Origin: Macrostomum lignano
Taxonomy: Eukaryota
DNA length: 64,000 nt
Reading direction: 5' to 3'
Assembly (NCBI GenBank): GCA_002269645.1
Contig: NIVC01003794.1
Location: 1 to 64,000 of the forward strand
Shown: positions 25,796 through 36,633 of the stretch, in pieces
Layout: each line of letters opens with the position of its first letter
Position numbering within the stretch: the stretch's first letter is position 1
Made by a program: the position numbers and the translations under genes
Notes under the pieces: model-generated
The model's database searches: none
What the model was told of the DNA's origin: nothing
Seen by the model: only the letters and a program-made list of their open reading frames with translations

Positions 25796-26236
25796 CTCGT
25801 TGATAAAAGCTTTAAAAATTCAGGATGTCCCGACTTAATAAAAGAACCACAGCCAAGTCTAAAGGCTAAAAAATAGGTAAATGTTAGTCCAAGTTTCCTC
25901 ACAGCACGCTATCACTTACACAATAATAAGCTGTGCATCAGTTCTAAATCGCCCAGTTTTTTGCCACCGCACAGAGATATTGGCTTGTTAACAGCTCGTA
26001 CTAGTCGACAGAGACTCCAGCTAGTGACTCAATGAGCCTGCAGTGCATATCATATTTTTTCTATCTTACTTGCTTTTTATAGCAAAGCTGTCAGAGCCCC
26101 GTGGCGAACGCGGACCCCCCTCCCCCTCAACCCACGCGAACTGATAAGAGCAGCGAACAGTCTTTAAGTGTCTTTCTGGCTCGGCTCTTTATTTTTGCAA
26201 ATTTTGCGCAGGCTGGTCGCGCGGCAGTCACTCAGC

Positions 26237-26305
26237 ATGTCTTCAGTGTGGGCGCCTGCTGTGGTGATTGCAGCAACTCTGCTCCTGGCGGGCCGCGCCC
26301 ACTGC
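26237..26305 (+). CDS. Type I membrane receptor-like protein, signal-peptide exon
   Basis: MSSVWAPAVVIAATLLLAGRAHC, phase-0 donor gtgagt at 26306. Confidence 0.75.
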
Positions 26306-26324
26306 GTGAGTTGCCGCTTTAGAT

Positions 26325-27225
26325 AACCTTCAGGTCCTGAGGAGTAGTGAGGAAGAAGAAGGGATAATCCTGAGAAGTAGTGACAGGGGGAGAGGTAGAG
26401 AGGGTCATGAGAAATAGTGAGAGAGAGAGAGGTAGACAGGTTCTTGAGAAGTAGTGACAGAGAGAGGTAGAGAGGGCCATGAGAAGTAGTGACACAGAGG
26501 TAGAGATGTTCTTGAGAAGTAGTGACAGAGAGAGGTAGAGAGGGCCATGAGAAGTAGTGACACAGAGGTAGAGATGTTCTTGAGAAGTAGTGACAGAGAG
26601 AGGTAGAGAGGGCCATGAGAAGTAGTGACACAGAGGTAGAGATGTTCTTGAGAAGTAGTGACAGAGAGAGGTAGAGAGGGCCATGAGAAGTAGTGATGGA
26701 GAGAGGTAGAGAGGGTCCTGAGAAGTAGTGAGGAAGGAGAAGGGAGGGTCCTGAGAAGTAGTGACAGAGGGGTAGACAGGGCCATGAGAAGTAGTGACAG
26801 AGGGGTAGAGAGGGCCATGAGAAGTAGTGACAGAGGTAGAGATGTTCTTGAGAAGTAGTGACAGAGGGGTAGAGAGGGCCATGAGAAGTAGTGACAGAGG
26901 TAGAGATGTTCTTGAGAAGTAGTGACAGAGAGAGGTAGAGAGGGCCATGAGAAGTAGTGACAGAGAGAGGTAGAGAGGGCCATGAGGACTAGTGACAGAG
27001 AGAGGTAGAGAGGGCCATGAGAAGTAGTGACAGAGAGAGGTAGAGAGGGTCCTGAGGAGTAGTGAGGAAGGAGAAGGGAGGGTCCTGAGAAGTAGTGACA
27101 GAGGGAGAGGTAGAGAGGGTCCTGAGGAGTAGTGAGGAGGGAGAAGGGAGGATCCTGAGAAGTAGTGACAGAGAGGTACCTAGAGGGTGTTATGAGAAGT
27201 AGTGACAGGGGGAGAGGTAGAGAGA
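26325..27225. repeat. ~33-35-bp compound minisatellite (GAGAAGTAGTGACAGAGAGAGGTAGAGAGGGCCAT) filling receptor intron 1
   Basis: Direct inspection. Confidence 0.92.
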
Positions 27226-27281
27226 TTCCCCTGAGCACTGACAACCCATTGTTTTGAAGTCCTGGCCCATCATGATTACAG

Positions 27282-27645
27282 AAGCACCCTTTCGAAGCGC
27301 TACTCAGCGCCGAGTGCTCTGAGGCAGAGCCGGCCTGGAGCGAGCTCACCCTGCAGCTGCCGCTGGAGAATAACCTTCTGGCCGACATCAGTGGTGGGAA
27401 AATTTCTTCGCACAGCGTCTTAGAATACAATTTCCGACAAACCCAGGTGCTAAGTTTCAGGTGCGCTCAGGTGCCCGGGCAGTCCAGGCAGTTGCTGACC
27501 GCGAAATTCCGGAAGGAGCGCGCGGCGGCAATGGTGGATCACCTCGACTTCTTCGCCCATTTCGACTTGGAGCGAAGCGCCGCCATGGAGGTCGGCGAGG
27601 GTGCCGGCCTGTCCATGTGGCTGTACTTTTCATTTGAAGGCTGGG
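27282..27645 (+). CDS. Type I membrane receptor-like protein, ectodomain exon 2
   Basis: Acceptor attacag, open KHPFEALL...FSFEGW, phase-1 donor g|gtgagc. Confidence 0.75.
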
Positions 27646-28114
27646 GTGAGCGCTGGGCTCTGGGAGTTCAGGGGTTGGCGATTAGTTGTCCCAGATCAGG
27701 ATTGCAGAGAACTGGCTATCAAAGGCAATTAGTTATCTAGGTGAGGAGTGCAGGGGGTTGGCCATCAAAGGCAATTAGTTATCCAGGTGAGGAGTGCAGG
27801 GGGCTGGCTATCAAAGGCAATTAGTTATCCAGGTGAGGAGTGCAGGGGGCTGGCTATCAAAGGCAATTAGTTATCCAGGTGAGGAGTGCAGGGGGCTGGC
27901 TATCAAAGGCAATTAGTTATCCAGGTGAGGAGTGCAGGGGGTTGGCCATCAAAGGCAATTAGTTATCCAGGTGAGGAGTGCAGGGGGTTGGCCATCAAAG
28001 GCAATTAGTTAAACAGGTGAGGAGTGCAGGGGGCTGGCCATCAAAGGCAATTAGTTATCCAGGTGAGGAGTGCAGGGGGCTGGCTATTAAAGGCAGTTAT
28101 CCACTTTTCCGCAG
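27646..28114 (+). repeat. 46-bp tandem array of GT...AG units filling receptor intron 2
   Basis: Unit GTGAGGAGTGCAGGGGGCTGGCTATCAAAGGCAATTAGTTATCCAG; ten units. Confidence 0.95.
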
Positions 28115-28326
28115 GCTCATGCAGTCACTGCAACCCCAGCGACCACCTCAACGAGTGCAGAAGGCAGCCAGCAGTTCTCATTGTCGCCAAGAAGCCCAGG
28201 GGCAGCCGCTGGCCGACCCGCTGGCAGCTTCTCGTGGAAAATACGGGTATCGGAGGATTGCGAGACTTTCGCTTGGAGCTCAAGTTCGCCGGGCAGGCTG
28301 CTCCGACTGTTATTGACCGAACTCAG
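28115..28326 (+). CDS. Type I membrane receptor-like protein, ectodomain exon 3
   Basis: Acceptor cttttccgcag, phase 1 in and phase 0 out (cag|gtgact); GSCSHCNP...VIDRTQ. Confidence 0.7.
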
Positions 28327-28420
28327 GTGACTCCAAGTCGGATGCTGTCATTCTTCATCGAATTGAGCTTGCGCTACCTAAATACGCTCTTGATACAATA
28401 CTCTCAAACTTAACACGCAG

Positions 28421-28666
28421 TTCTCCGAGGCCCCGAGCTCCAGGTGGTGGCAGCTCCGCAATCTGACGGGATTCGCCGACAAGATGCGCAGCGACCTGCT
28501 TCAGGTGGGTTCACGCGCTGTCAATTTTGCAGAGCACACCCGAGTTTTAACAGACAACAGCGGTATACTTTTGATAAATTTTCATAACAGATTATATGAT
28601 AATCGCCTTCCATTACCAAATGATTCCAGGCCGTCTATCAAGTGCCAAAGCACAGCAGATCGATAT
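28421..28666 (+). CDS. Type I membrane receptor-like protein, middle exons (probably 28421-28504 and 28630-28666)
   Basis: [18 protein letters not shown]...LLQ|gtgggt, AT-rich 125-nt intron, then [12 protein letters not shown] with phase-1 donor gtaagt. Exact structure uncertain; a further small exon near 28748-28807 is possible. Confidence 0.5.
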
Positions 28667-28851
28667 GTAAGTTCCACCCCCTTGCTGCTGCAGGCGGCTG
28701 GCAGAGGCAGCGGGCGGGTCCTCCGTGACACAAAACAATTTCCGTAGCTCACAGTAACCACCTGTACCATTACTGGCAATTCAACTTTTACCCTGGGCTG
28801 GTACAGGGTCACGTGACATCCGAGAACTCTGCTATTCACCCTGACTGGCAC

Positions 28852-29190
<339 letters not shown>

Positions 29191-29320
29191 CCCATAGGGT
29201 CACGTGATCAAGACTTTCGACCTCTTACTTTTTGTTTTGCCCACTAGCTAGTCAACAAGTAGGTCACATGATCAGCTTAACCAAAAGCTCTCAAATTTCC
29301 CCGCCTTTCCTTCCAATCAG

Positions 29321-29587
29321 TCGAAAGAAATAAACTGCAAGAATCCAAGCTGGACGGAGTCAACTGGACGAGCTGCCCTTGGACCAACGTGGAGGCCGGG
29401 AGTAAGGCGGGCACCATCGAGCAGCAGCACGCCTGGCTGATTGGCGGCCTCAGCAGCTTGTTGGCAGTGATGCTGCTCATCGGCTTTGGTGAGCACTCGG
29501 GCAGCTGCTTATTAGCGATTATTGTTTCCCTTAGGCACCCACCTTTGTTGCAAGAAGCTACCGCGGACAACCCGCTGTACACTCTGT
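29321..29587 (+). CDS. Type I membrane receptor-like protein, transmembrane exons (29321-29488 and 29535-29587)
   Basis: ERNKLQ...AWLIGGLSSLLAVMLLIGF, 46-nt intron 29489-29534 (gtgagc...ccttag), then GTHLCCKK juxtamembrane. Confidence 0.7.
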
Positions 29588-29712
29588 GTGAGCGTGTGGA
29601 TGAGCGCCTGCATGCGTTCAGGAGTCGGCGGAATGGACGGAATTGCTTCAGCGCTGATCGGGGACGATGTCGCTGAAGGGTGCCCGCAACTTTCCTGCCT
29701 GATCTGAGGCAG

Positions 29713-30297
29713 GTTTCCCCGCCGACTCCCGCAGCCGTCTTCAAGCAGCACCGAATTGCCGCTCTGCTGGCCAGCTGCCGCCAGTCGCGGCCCATCCGTG
29801 TGGCCGTCGTCGGCTGCAACCTGCGCGGCGCCGGGCTGCGGCGGCGTCAAAGAAGCGACTGGTGGCGCCGCTTCCAGCGCCAGCTGTCACAGGAGTCGGC
29901 CAGAGGACCCGTCAACCCAGCCGCCGATTTTGAAGTGTTCGACAGCGCAGACATTGCCGAGCTCCGGGAGCGCTCGACCGACTTCGACCTGGTGCTGCTG
30001 TGCCTGGAGCAACCCGGCCAGCAGCTCTCGGAGGCGCAGCTGCAGCTCGCCGAGGCCGAGCGTTGGCGGTTCCGCGTCCTGCTGCTGGCGACCGACTCCG
30101 GCAGTCGGGCGGGCAAGAACGGCATCGAGACGGCGCCCATGATGGGCAGCCTGACCGAGCTTCCGAACCCCGTCAGGCCAGGGGTCAAGGTCGGCGGCTG
30201 CGGCGGCATCGACTGTGGCTTCCCAAACGAGGCCGAGGTCGAGCGGCTGTTCCAGCTGGCGAGACAGGCCTACCAGCGGGCCCTGAGGGACTGCTGA
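29713..30297 (+). CDS. Type I membrane receptor-like protein, last exon: cytoplasmic alpha/beta domain (TIR/SEFIR-like or degenerate small-GTPase fold)
   Basis: GC3-rich ORF to TGA at 30297; strands RVAVVG, FEVFD, DLVLLCL and FRVLLLA alternate with helices. Acceptor choice (29713 vs ~29739) uncertain. Confidence 0.75.
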   Translation, partial: VSPPTPAAVFKQHRIAALLASCRQSRPIRVAVVGCNLRGAGLRRRQRSDWWRRFQRQLSQESARGPVNPAADFEVFDSADIAELRERSTDFDLVLLCLEQPGQQLSEAQLQLAEAERWRFRVLLLATDSGSRAGKNGIETAPMMGSLTELPNPVRPGVKVGGCGGIDCGFPNEAEVERLFQLARQAYQRALRDC

Positions 30298-31387
30298 GCA
30301 GCTGAGCTGAGCCGGGCGAAGACTGTTTTTCAGTGCCTATTTGCATACAAGGACCGCTAGTGGGGTACGCGCGAGTACTGTGATAGCTGAAGAACTATTT
30401 ACATATACGGAGTAGCAAGGCAAGCAAGGCTGATTGCGAAGGTGGGAAGTCACACCGGACCTTAATTGGGACGCAGCAGCGTCCGGGGGCGGTCTGTTGG
30501 CCCGTGCATGCCTCTCTGTGCCATTTATTCTTGCAGGTTAATTGTCGCCGACCATTGCTTCTTTTTACCTTTTTAATTCCTTTTGTACTCAGTTGGTGTG
30601 CTCAGTGTTAACCGGCATTATATCGTGGCTCGATATTTGCCCCCCAATTTTTTCAGTCCTGATTACTCCCGAGCCACGTGATCGAAGTCACGTACTGACT
30701 GGACTGTTCTCAACTGTACTCAATGCATTCATTCTAGATGTAGAACACAGAATCATTTGACTTTTATTTCAGCTGGGGCTGCGATCGGACTCAGCGCTAT
30801 TGTGCAATAAATAATAAATTGGCAACGTCAGTTTTGCGTGCAAATTTCAGTATTAATATCATTACACCTTAAAACTAAAAACTTCTGCTTGAGTGGCCGA
30901 TATTTTTAACCTCTAGTCTAGCGGCAAATACGTTACTTTGTAGACCCGGTAAGCAATTTATCACGGATGTGCCCCCCCCCCCACATAGTGCACTCGCATA
31001 ACTGACAAAATAGATTCCATGTAGGATCTCGAGCTGTCGGGTCTCCGAAGTTCTTCTAACCGAGACGCCCAAACTTCAGAGCAAACAGACTGTTATGAGT
31101 ACAGCGGCGGGCCTGCTCAGACTGAGTGAGGCCTTGCACCGACCCCAGATAACCAGAGCAAATAAAGGGGGCCAAAAAGACCCCGGCTGCAGCCAAGCAA
31201 GCAGCGACTTCGTGCGAGTTGGAAATTGGCGGGCGATTCAAAAGCTCGAAATTAAGTTTGCCCGGTAGAAATCGTGAAGTTTCTGAGCCAGCGAAATTCA
31301 CCCGACTGGCCAGGCGCTTCGTTTAGCACGGCATTTCTCGCTTCTGCAGCTGTGAACACTTTGGGGATTCAACAAGTTACAATAAAA

Positions 31388-32125
31388 CAGGGGTCGGTAA
31401 ACTTTTTACCGCGAAGCTCCAGGTGGAGAACCCAGCGCATGACTGCCGGCCGGAGGAGGGGAGAGAAAAAAGAGTGATAGGAGAAGGGTGAGGCGAGGGG
31501 CGAGGGGCGAGAGGCGAGGTGAGGCGAAAAGAGAAGAGAGGAGAGGAGAGGAGAGGAGAGGAGAGGAGAGAGAAGGGAGAGGAGAGGAGAGAGGAGAGAA
31601 GAACGAGGAGAGGAGAGGAAAGAGGAAGAAGAAAAGAAGGGAGAAGAGACTGGAGAGAAGGAAGAGTAGAATAGAGATGAGAGGAGAGGAGAGGAGAGGA
31701 GAGGAGAGGAGAGAAGAGGAGAGGAGAGGAGAGGAGAAGAGAGGAGAGGAGAGAAGAGAGATGAGAGAAGAGAGAGAAGAGAAGAGGAGAGAATAGAGGA
31801 GAGGAGAGAAGAGAGATGAGAGGAGAGGAGAGAAGAGAGAGGAGAGAAGACAGGAGAGAAGAGAGAGGAGAGGAGAGAGAGGAGAGTAGTAGAGAGGAGA
31901 GAAGAGAGAGGAGAGGAGAGGAAAGAGGAAGAAGAAACTGGAGAGGAGAAGGAAGAGGAGAATAGAGCGGAGAGGAGAGAGGAAAGAGGAAAGGAGAGGA
32001 AAGAGGAGAAGGAAGATGAGAGAGGAGATTCGAAAAGAGAGCTGAGAAGAGACAAACCACGAGACGGTCGAATTTCTGTTGTGAATTTTCAAAGGACTGG
32101 AGGGCCGGATAGAGTCTTGGCGGGC
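31388..32125. mobile_element. Truncated related hAT MITE copy with expanded GA tract
   Basis: CAGGGGTCGGTAAACT terminus; shares tgtgaa.tttcaaaggac...ggatagag with 20560-20592; second TIR not found. Confidence 0.5.
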
Positions 32126-32629
32126 AACTTAAAGCAACTTAAAATGAGGAAGTTACAGGGATGATTTGGCCCAACTTGTCCTTGCTCCAATCGCCAGCTT
32201 TCGCCCCTTTCTGCAACTGCACTTTTGTCTCATTCATAAACTTATTCAAGTAACACAAGCTAAACGCTTGGCATTTCTAAGAAAGACTTAGTCTATATTT
32301 GACGCCACACTGAAGGGCAGGATGGGCCGCGGACAGCAGCATCAACAAGCCGAACACGCGATAATGCGTAGAACAAGGATTCAGTTCAGAAATAACACGG
32401 ACACACTTTGCGCAATCTGCCTACTTACAAACAATCGCTAGCTAGTAGTATAATGCGACTAGTTTCTTTCCAGCGGAAGAGATTAGTGAATAATAATTAA
32501 TAAAAATAATAATATATAAAATTATTACACGTATATAATAATATATTTTGATTCAAATGTAAGGGAATGCTGCCGTATGTCTGCCTGACTACTCATGTAC
32601 CCATCGTGCTGTGACTGCCCCACAATCTA

Positions 32630-32972
32630 CCACACCTACTCTACATCTACAATCTGCCATCCCCCTATGCCACTCTACCAACCAACCTACTCTACAATCT
32701 GCCATCCCCCTATCCCACTCTACCAACCAACCTACTCTACAATCTGCCATCCACCTATCCCACTCTACCAAACAACCTACTCTACAATCTGCCATCCCCC
32801 TATCCCACTCTACCAACCAACCTACTCTACAATCTGCCATCCCCCTATCCCACTCTACCAACCAACCTACTCTACAATCTGCCATCCACCTATCCCACTC
32901 TACCAACCAACCTACTCTACAATCTGCCATCCACCTATCCCACTCTACCAAACAACCTACTCTACAATCTAT
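32630..32972. repeat. 45-bp minisatellite
   Basis: TACTCTACAATCTGCCATCCCCCTATCCCACTCTACCAACCAACC-type units. Confidence 0.93.
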
Positions 32973-33002
32973 GAGTACCTTACATGTACCTCAAAGACTA
33001 AT

Positions 33003-33105
33003 GCCGGACTCCGGTTCGCCACAATCGCCATTGTCATTAACTGGGGGAATTTTCGGTAGCTCTGGAAAAGTGAAAAGTTTTAGAAACTTTTATGAACCAA
33101 ATTAG
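33003..33105 (-). pseudogene. Decayed duplicate of FKBP6 5' UTR and first ~16 codons
   Basis: Aligns by eye to 38293-38395 (ttttcggtagctc...aaaagtttt...aaattagg). ATG mutated to ATT; IPPVNDNGDCGEPESG vs MPSANGNGDGEGPASG, then stop. Confidence 0.7.
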
Positions 33106-33484
33106 GAAATTATAATTTAACTGAAGGCTGAGGTCGACCCTGCCATGCTGAGTTAGAAAACTCATCCTACACTGATTTGTCAGTCTTTCACCTCTTCTGC
33201 AAGTGCACTACTCATCCAATCATAAATTTATTCAAGTAACAAATGTTTGGCATTTCTCAGAAACACGAACAAACATTTCGTTTCAAACGCATAGTGAACT
33301 GTTTGATTAACTAAGTAACTAATTAGGTAATAGTTTATTATTATTAATTAGACACAAAATGTTTTGAATTTTAAAAAAAATGTAAAGAAAAGCATATTAT
33401 AGATTTAAAAAGGTCGGAAATGCAATACAATACCGTTATATGACTGCCTACCATGACTACTTATGTGCCCATTGTGCTGTGCAT

Positions 33485-34625
33485 ACCATCTATCCCACAC
33501 TCTACTGCACCTGCTCTACAATCTGCCACCCATCTATCCCACACTCTACTGCACCTACTTTACAATCTGCCACCCATCTATCCCACACTCTACTGCACCT
33601 ACTCTACAATCTGCCATCAATCCATCCCACTTTACTGCACCTGCTCTACAATCTGCCATCCATCTATCCCACACTCTACTGCACCTACTCTACAATCTGC
33701 CACCCATCTATCCCACACTCTACTGCACCTGCGCTACAATCTGCCATCAATCCATCCCACTTTACTGCACCTACTCTACAATCTGCCACCCATCTATCCC
33801 ACACTCTACTGCACCTGCTCTACAATCTGCCACCCATCTATCCCACACTCTACTGCACCTACTCTACAATCTGCCACCCATCTATCCCACACTCTACTGC
33901 ACCTACTCTACAATCTGCCACCCATCTATCCCACACTCTACTGCACCTACTCTACAATCTGCCATCAATCCATCCCACTTTACTGCACCTACTCTACAAT
34001 CTGCCATCCATCTATCCCACACTCTACTACACCTGCTTTACAATCTGCCACTCATCTATCCCACACTCTACTGCACCTGCTCTACAATCTGCCACTCATC
34101 TATCCCACACTCTACTACACCTACTTTACAATCTGCCACTCATCTATCCCACACTCTACTGCACCTGCTCTACAATCTGCCACTCATCTATCCCACACTC
34201 TACTGCACCTACTCTACAATCTGCCACCCATCTATCCCACACTCTACTGCACCTACTCTACAATCTGCCACCCATCTATCCCACACTCTACTGCACCTAC
34301 TCTACAATCTGCCACCCATCTATCCCACACTCTACTGCACCTACTCTACAATCTGCCACCCATCTATCCAACACTCTACTGCACCTACTCTACAATCTGC
34401 CACCCATCTATCCCACACTCTACTGCACCTGCTCTACAATCTGCCACTCATCTATCCCACACTCTACTGCACCTACTTTACAATCTGCCACCCATCTATC
34501 CCACACTCTACTGCACCTACTTTACAATCTGCCATTCATCTATCCCACACTCTACTGCACCTACTTTACAATCTGCCACCCATCTATCCCACACTCTACT
34601 GCACCTACTTTACAATCTGCCATCC
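33485..34625. repeat. 44-bp minisatellite related to the 45-bp array
   Basis: ATCTATCCCACACTCTACTGCACCTACTCTACAATCTGCCACCC units. Confidence 0.95.
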
Positions 34626-34865
34626 ATTCTACCATTTCCTCTAAATTCTACAAACTACATGTACCCCACAAACTCTAAAACACACTCAGCCACCAGCCGT
34701 GAAACCCACTCGTAATCCCGCTAGTCTGAGACACCCAAAATTTTCATAAACATGAAAACTAGAACTAAAAAACGAGGGAAGCAATAGAGGGTAACAAACG
34801 CACTCGCAACAATCAAGCACGCGGGACAGTTGCTCATCCAGCAGCTGTTGAATGGCCGGCTCCAG

Positions 34866-35468
34866 TCAACCGAAATTCGGCTTGGGCTTCACAATGGTGA
34901 CAGTTCTGGGCGTCTCCTGCACCGTCAGCCTGGGGTCCGCAGCCTTGGCGGCCGCAGTCAGCTGTTTCACATCCGTCTCTGTCAGCACGGCCTTGCTGAC
35001 CACCAAGTTCGGCATGGACGGGTTGGCCAGGAACTCGTCCAGTTTGCGGCGGAGCTCCGGGTTGATCGGCTGCTCATCCCGCTGCTGCTGCTGTTGAGAC
35101 TGCGAGCCGTTGCCGCCGCCGGCAAAGTCGCCGCCCATGCGCCTGTAGAGCCTTCGCTGGTCCTCCCGGTATTTCCGCAGCTCGTCATCGTTTCGTCGGA
35201 TGGCCTTCTCGACTCGGTCGCGAGAATTCGAGCTCAGGCCGACGCCGAGAATCTCGCGGCATCGCTGCAGCGATCTGGCCGCCTCGGCGTGCTGGCCCAT
35301 GGAGCAGAGGGCTTCGCCGCGCCACAACAGCGCCTTGGGGTTGCGCTCGTCCCGCTTCAGGGCCTCGTTGCATTCGCGCACAGCCGACGGGAACTTGCCG
35401 AGGTGGTACAGCGTGATGGCCTTGTTGACACTGATCACCGACAGCTCCCGGTTCATGCGGGCTTCCTC
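34866..35468 (-). CDS. FKBP6: FKBP6/Shutdown exon 3 (TPR2-3 + C-terminal extension)
   Basis: Acceptor cccgcag; SVNKAITLYHL and NPKALLWRGEA TPR motifs; TGA at 34866. Confidence 0.88.
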   Translation of the reverse strand, partial: EEARMNRELSVISVNKAITLYHLGKFPSAVRECNEALKRDERNPKALLWRGEALCSMGQHAEAARSLQRCREILGVGLSSNSRDRVEKAIRRNDDELRKYREDQRRLYRRMGGDFAGGGNGSQSQQQQQRDEQPINPELRRKLDEFLANPSMPNLVVSKAVLTETDVKQLTAAAKAADPRLTVQETPRTVTIVKPKPNFG

Positions 35469-35486
35469 CTGCGGGTTGGCCGGTTT

Positions 35487-36165
35487 GTTTGGGGTCATTC
35501 TCGGGTGAGTTCAGGGCGACTCCCAGAGTGTGTTTGGGGTCATTCTCAGGGTGAGTTCAGGGCGACTCCCAGAGTGTGTTTGGGGTCATTCTCAGGGCGA
35601 GTTCAGGGCGACTCCCAGAGTGTGTTTGGGGTCATTCTCAGGGCGACTCCCAGAGCGTGTTTGGGGTCATTCTCAGGGCGAGTTCAGGGCGACTCCTCCC
35701 AGAGTGTGTTTGGGGTCATTCTCAGGGCGACTCCCAGAGCGTGTTTGGGGTCATTCTCAGGGCGAGTTCAGGGCGACTCCCAGAGTGTGTTTGGGGTCAT
35801 TCTCAGGGCGAGTTCAGGGCGACTCCCAGAGTGTGTTTGGGGTCATTCTCAGGGCAAGTTCAGGGCGACTCCTCCCAGAGTGTGTTTGGGGTCATTCTCA
35901 GGGCGACTCCCAGAGCGTGTTTGGGGTCATTCTCAGGGTGAGTTCAGGGCGACTCCCAGAGTGTGTTTGGGGTCATTCTCAGGGTGAGTTTAAGGCGATT
36001 CCCAGAGCGTGTTTGGGGTCATTCTCAGGGTGAGTTCAGGGCGACTCCCAGAGTGTGTTTGGGGTCATTCTCAGGGCGAGTTTAAGGCGACTCACAGAGC
36101 GTGTTTGGGGTCATTCTCAGGGTGAGTTTAAGGCGACTCCCAGAGTGTGTTTGGGGTCATTCTCA
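35487..36165. repeat. 46-bp minisatellite with shorter deletion variants in FKBP6 intron 2
   Basis: GGGTCATTCTCAGGGCGAGTTCAGGGCGACTCCCAGAGTGTGTTTG. Confidence 0.95.
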
Positions 36166-36297
36166 GGGGGCGATTGTGTGAACTACATTAGGATGATTCT
36201 CGGGGCGATACTCGTACATATATGGGCAACTTTTTAAGACTGACAACGGCAGCTCTCGAAAATAAATCAGGGCTTCTTGTAGGGAGAAGATTACAGT

Positions 36298-36575
36298 GAT
36301 GTCTGCGCTTTTAGATGTCTATGGCTTAACAAACCTACATATGTCTATGGCCTAACACACCTACGTATGTCTATGGCCTAACACACCTACATTTGTCTGT
36401 GGCTTAACAGACCTACATATATCTGTGGCCTAACACATCTACATATGTCTGTGGCCTAACACATCTACATTTGTCTGTGGCCTAACACACCCACATGTCT
36501 ATGGCCTAACACACCCACATGTCTATGGCCTAACACGGCCCATTATATGTCTATGGTCAAGACATAGACTTTGAC
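36298..36575. repeat. Dispersed element with ~9 internal 26-bp units (ATGTCTATGGCCTAACACACCTACAT)
   Basis: Same element in reverse orientation with ~2 units at 61240-61333. Confidence 0.75.
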
Positions 36576-36633
36576 ACTGGCTTAGGCCCCAGAGCGACAG
36601 CTGGAGTAGCCGCAGGCGCGCCAGCCAACTAAC

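Noticed and set aside
35487-36165. FKBP6 intron array also has a 46-bp unit
   Set aside because: No AG|GT junction in the sense (minus) orientation, so it is not a stacked-intron array; the length match is treated as coincidence.
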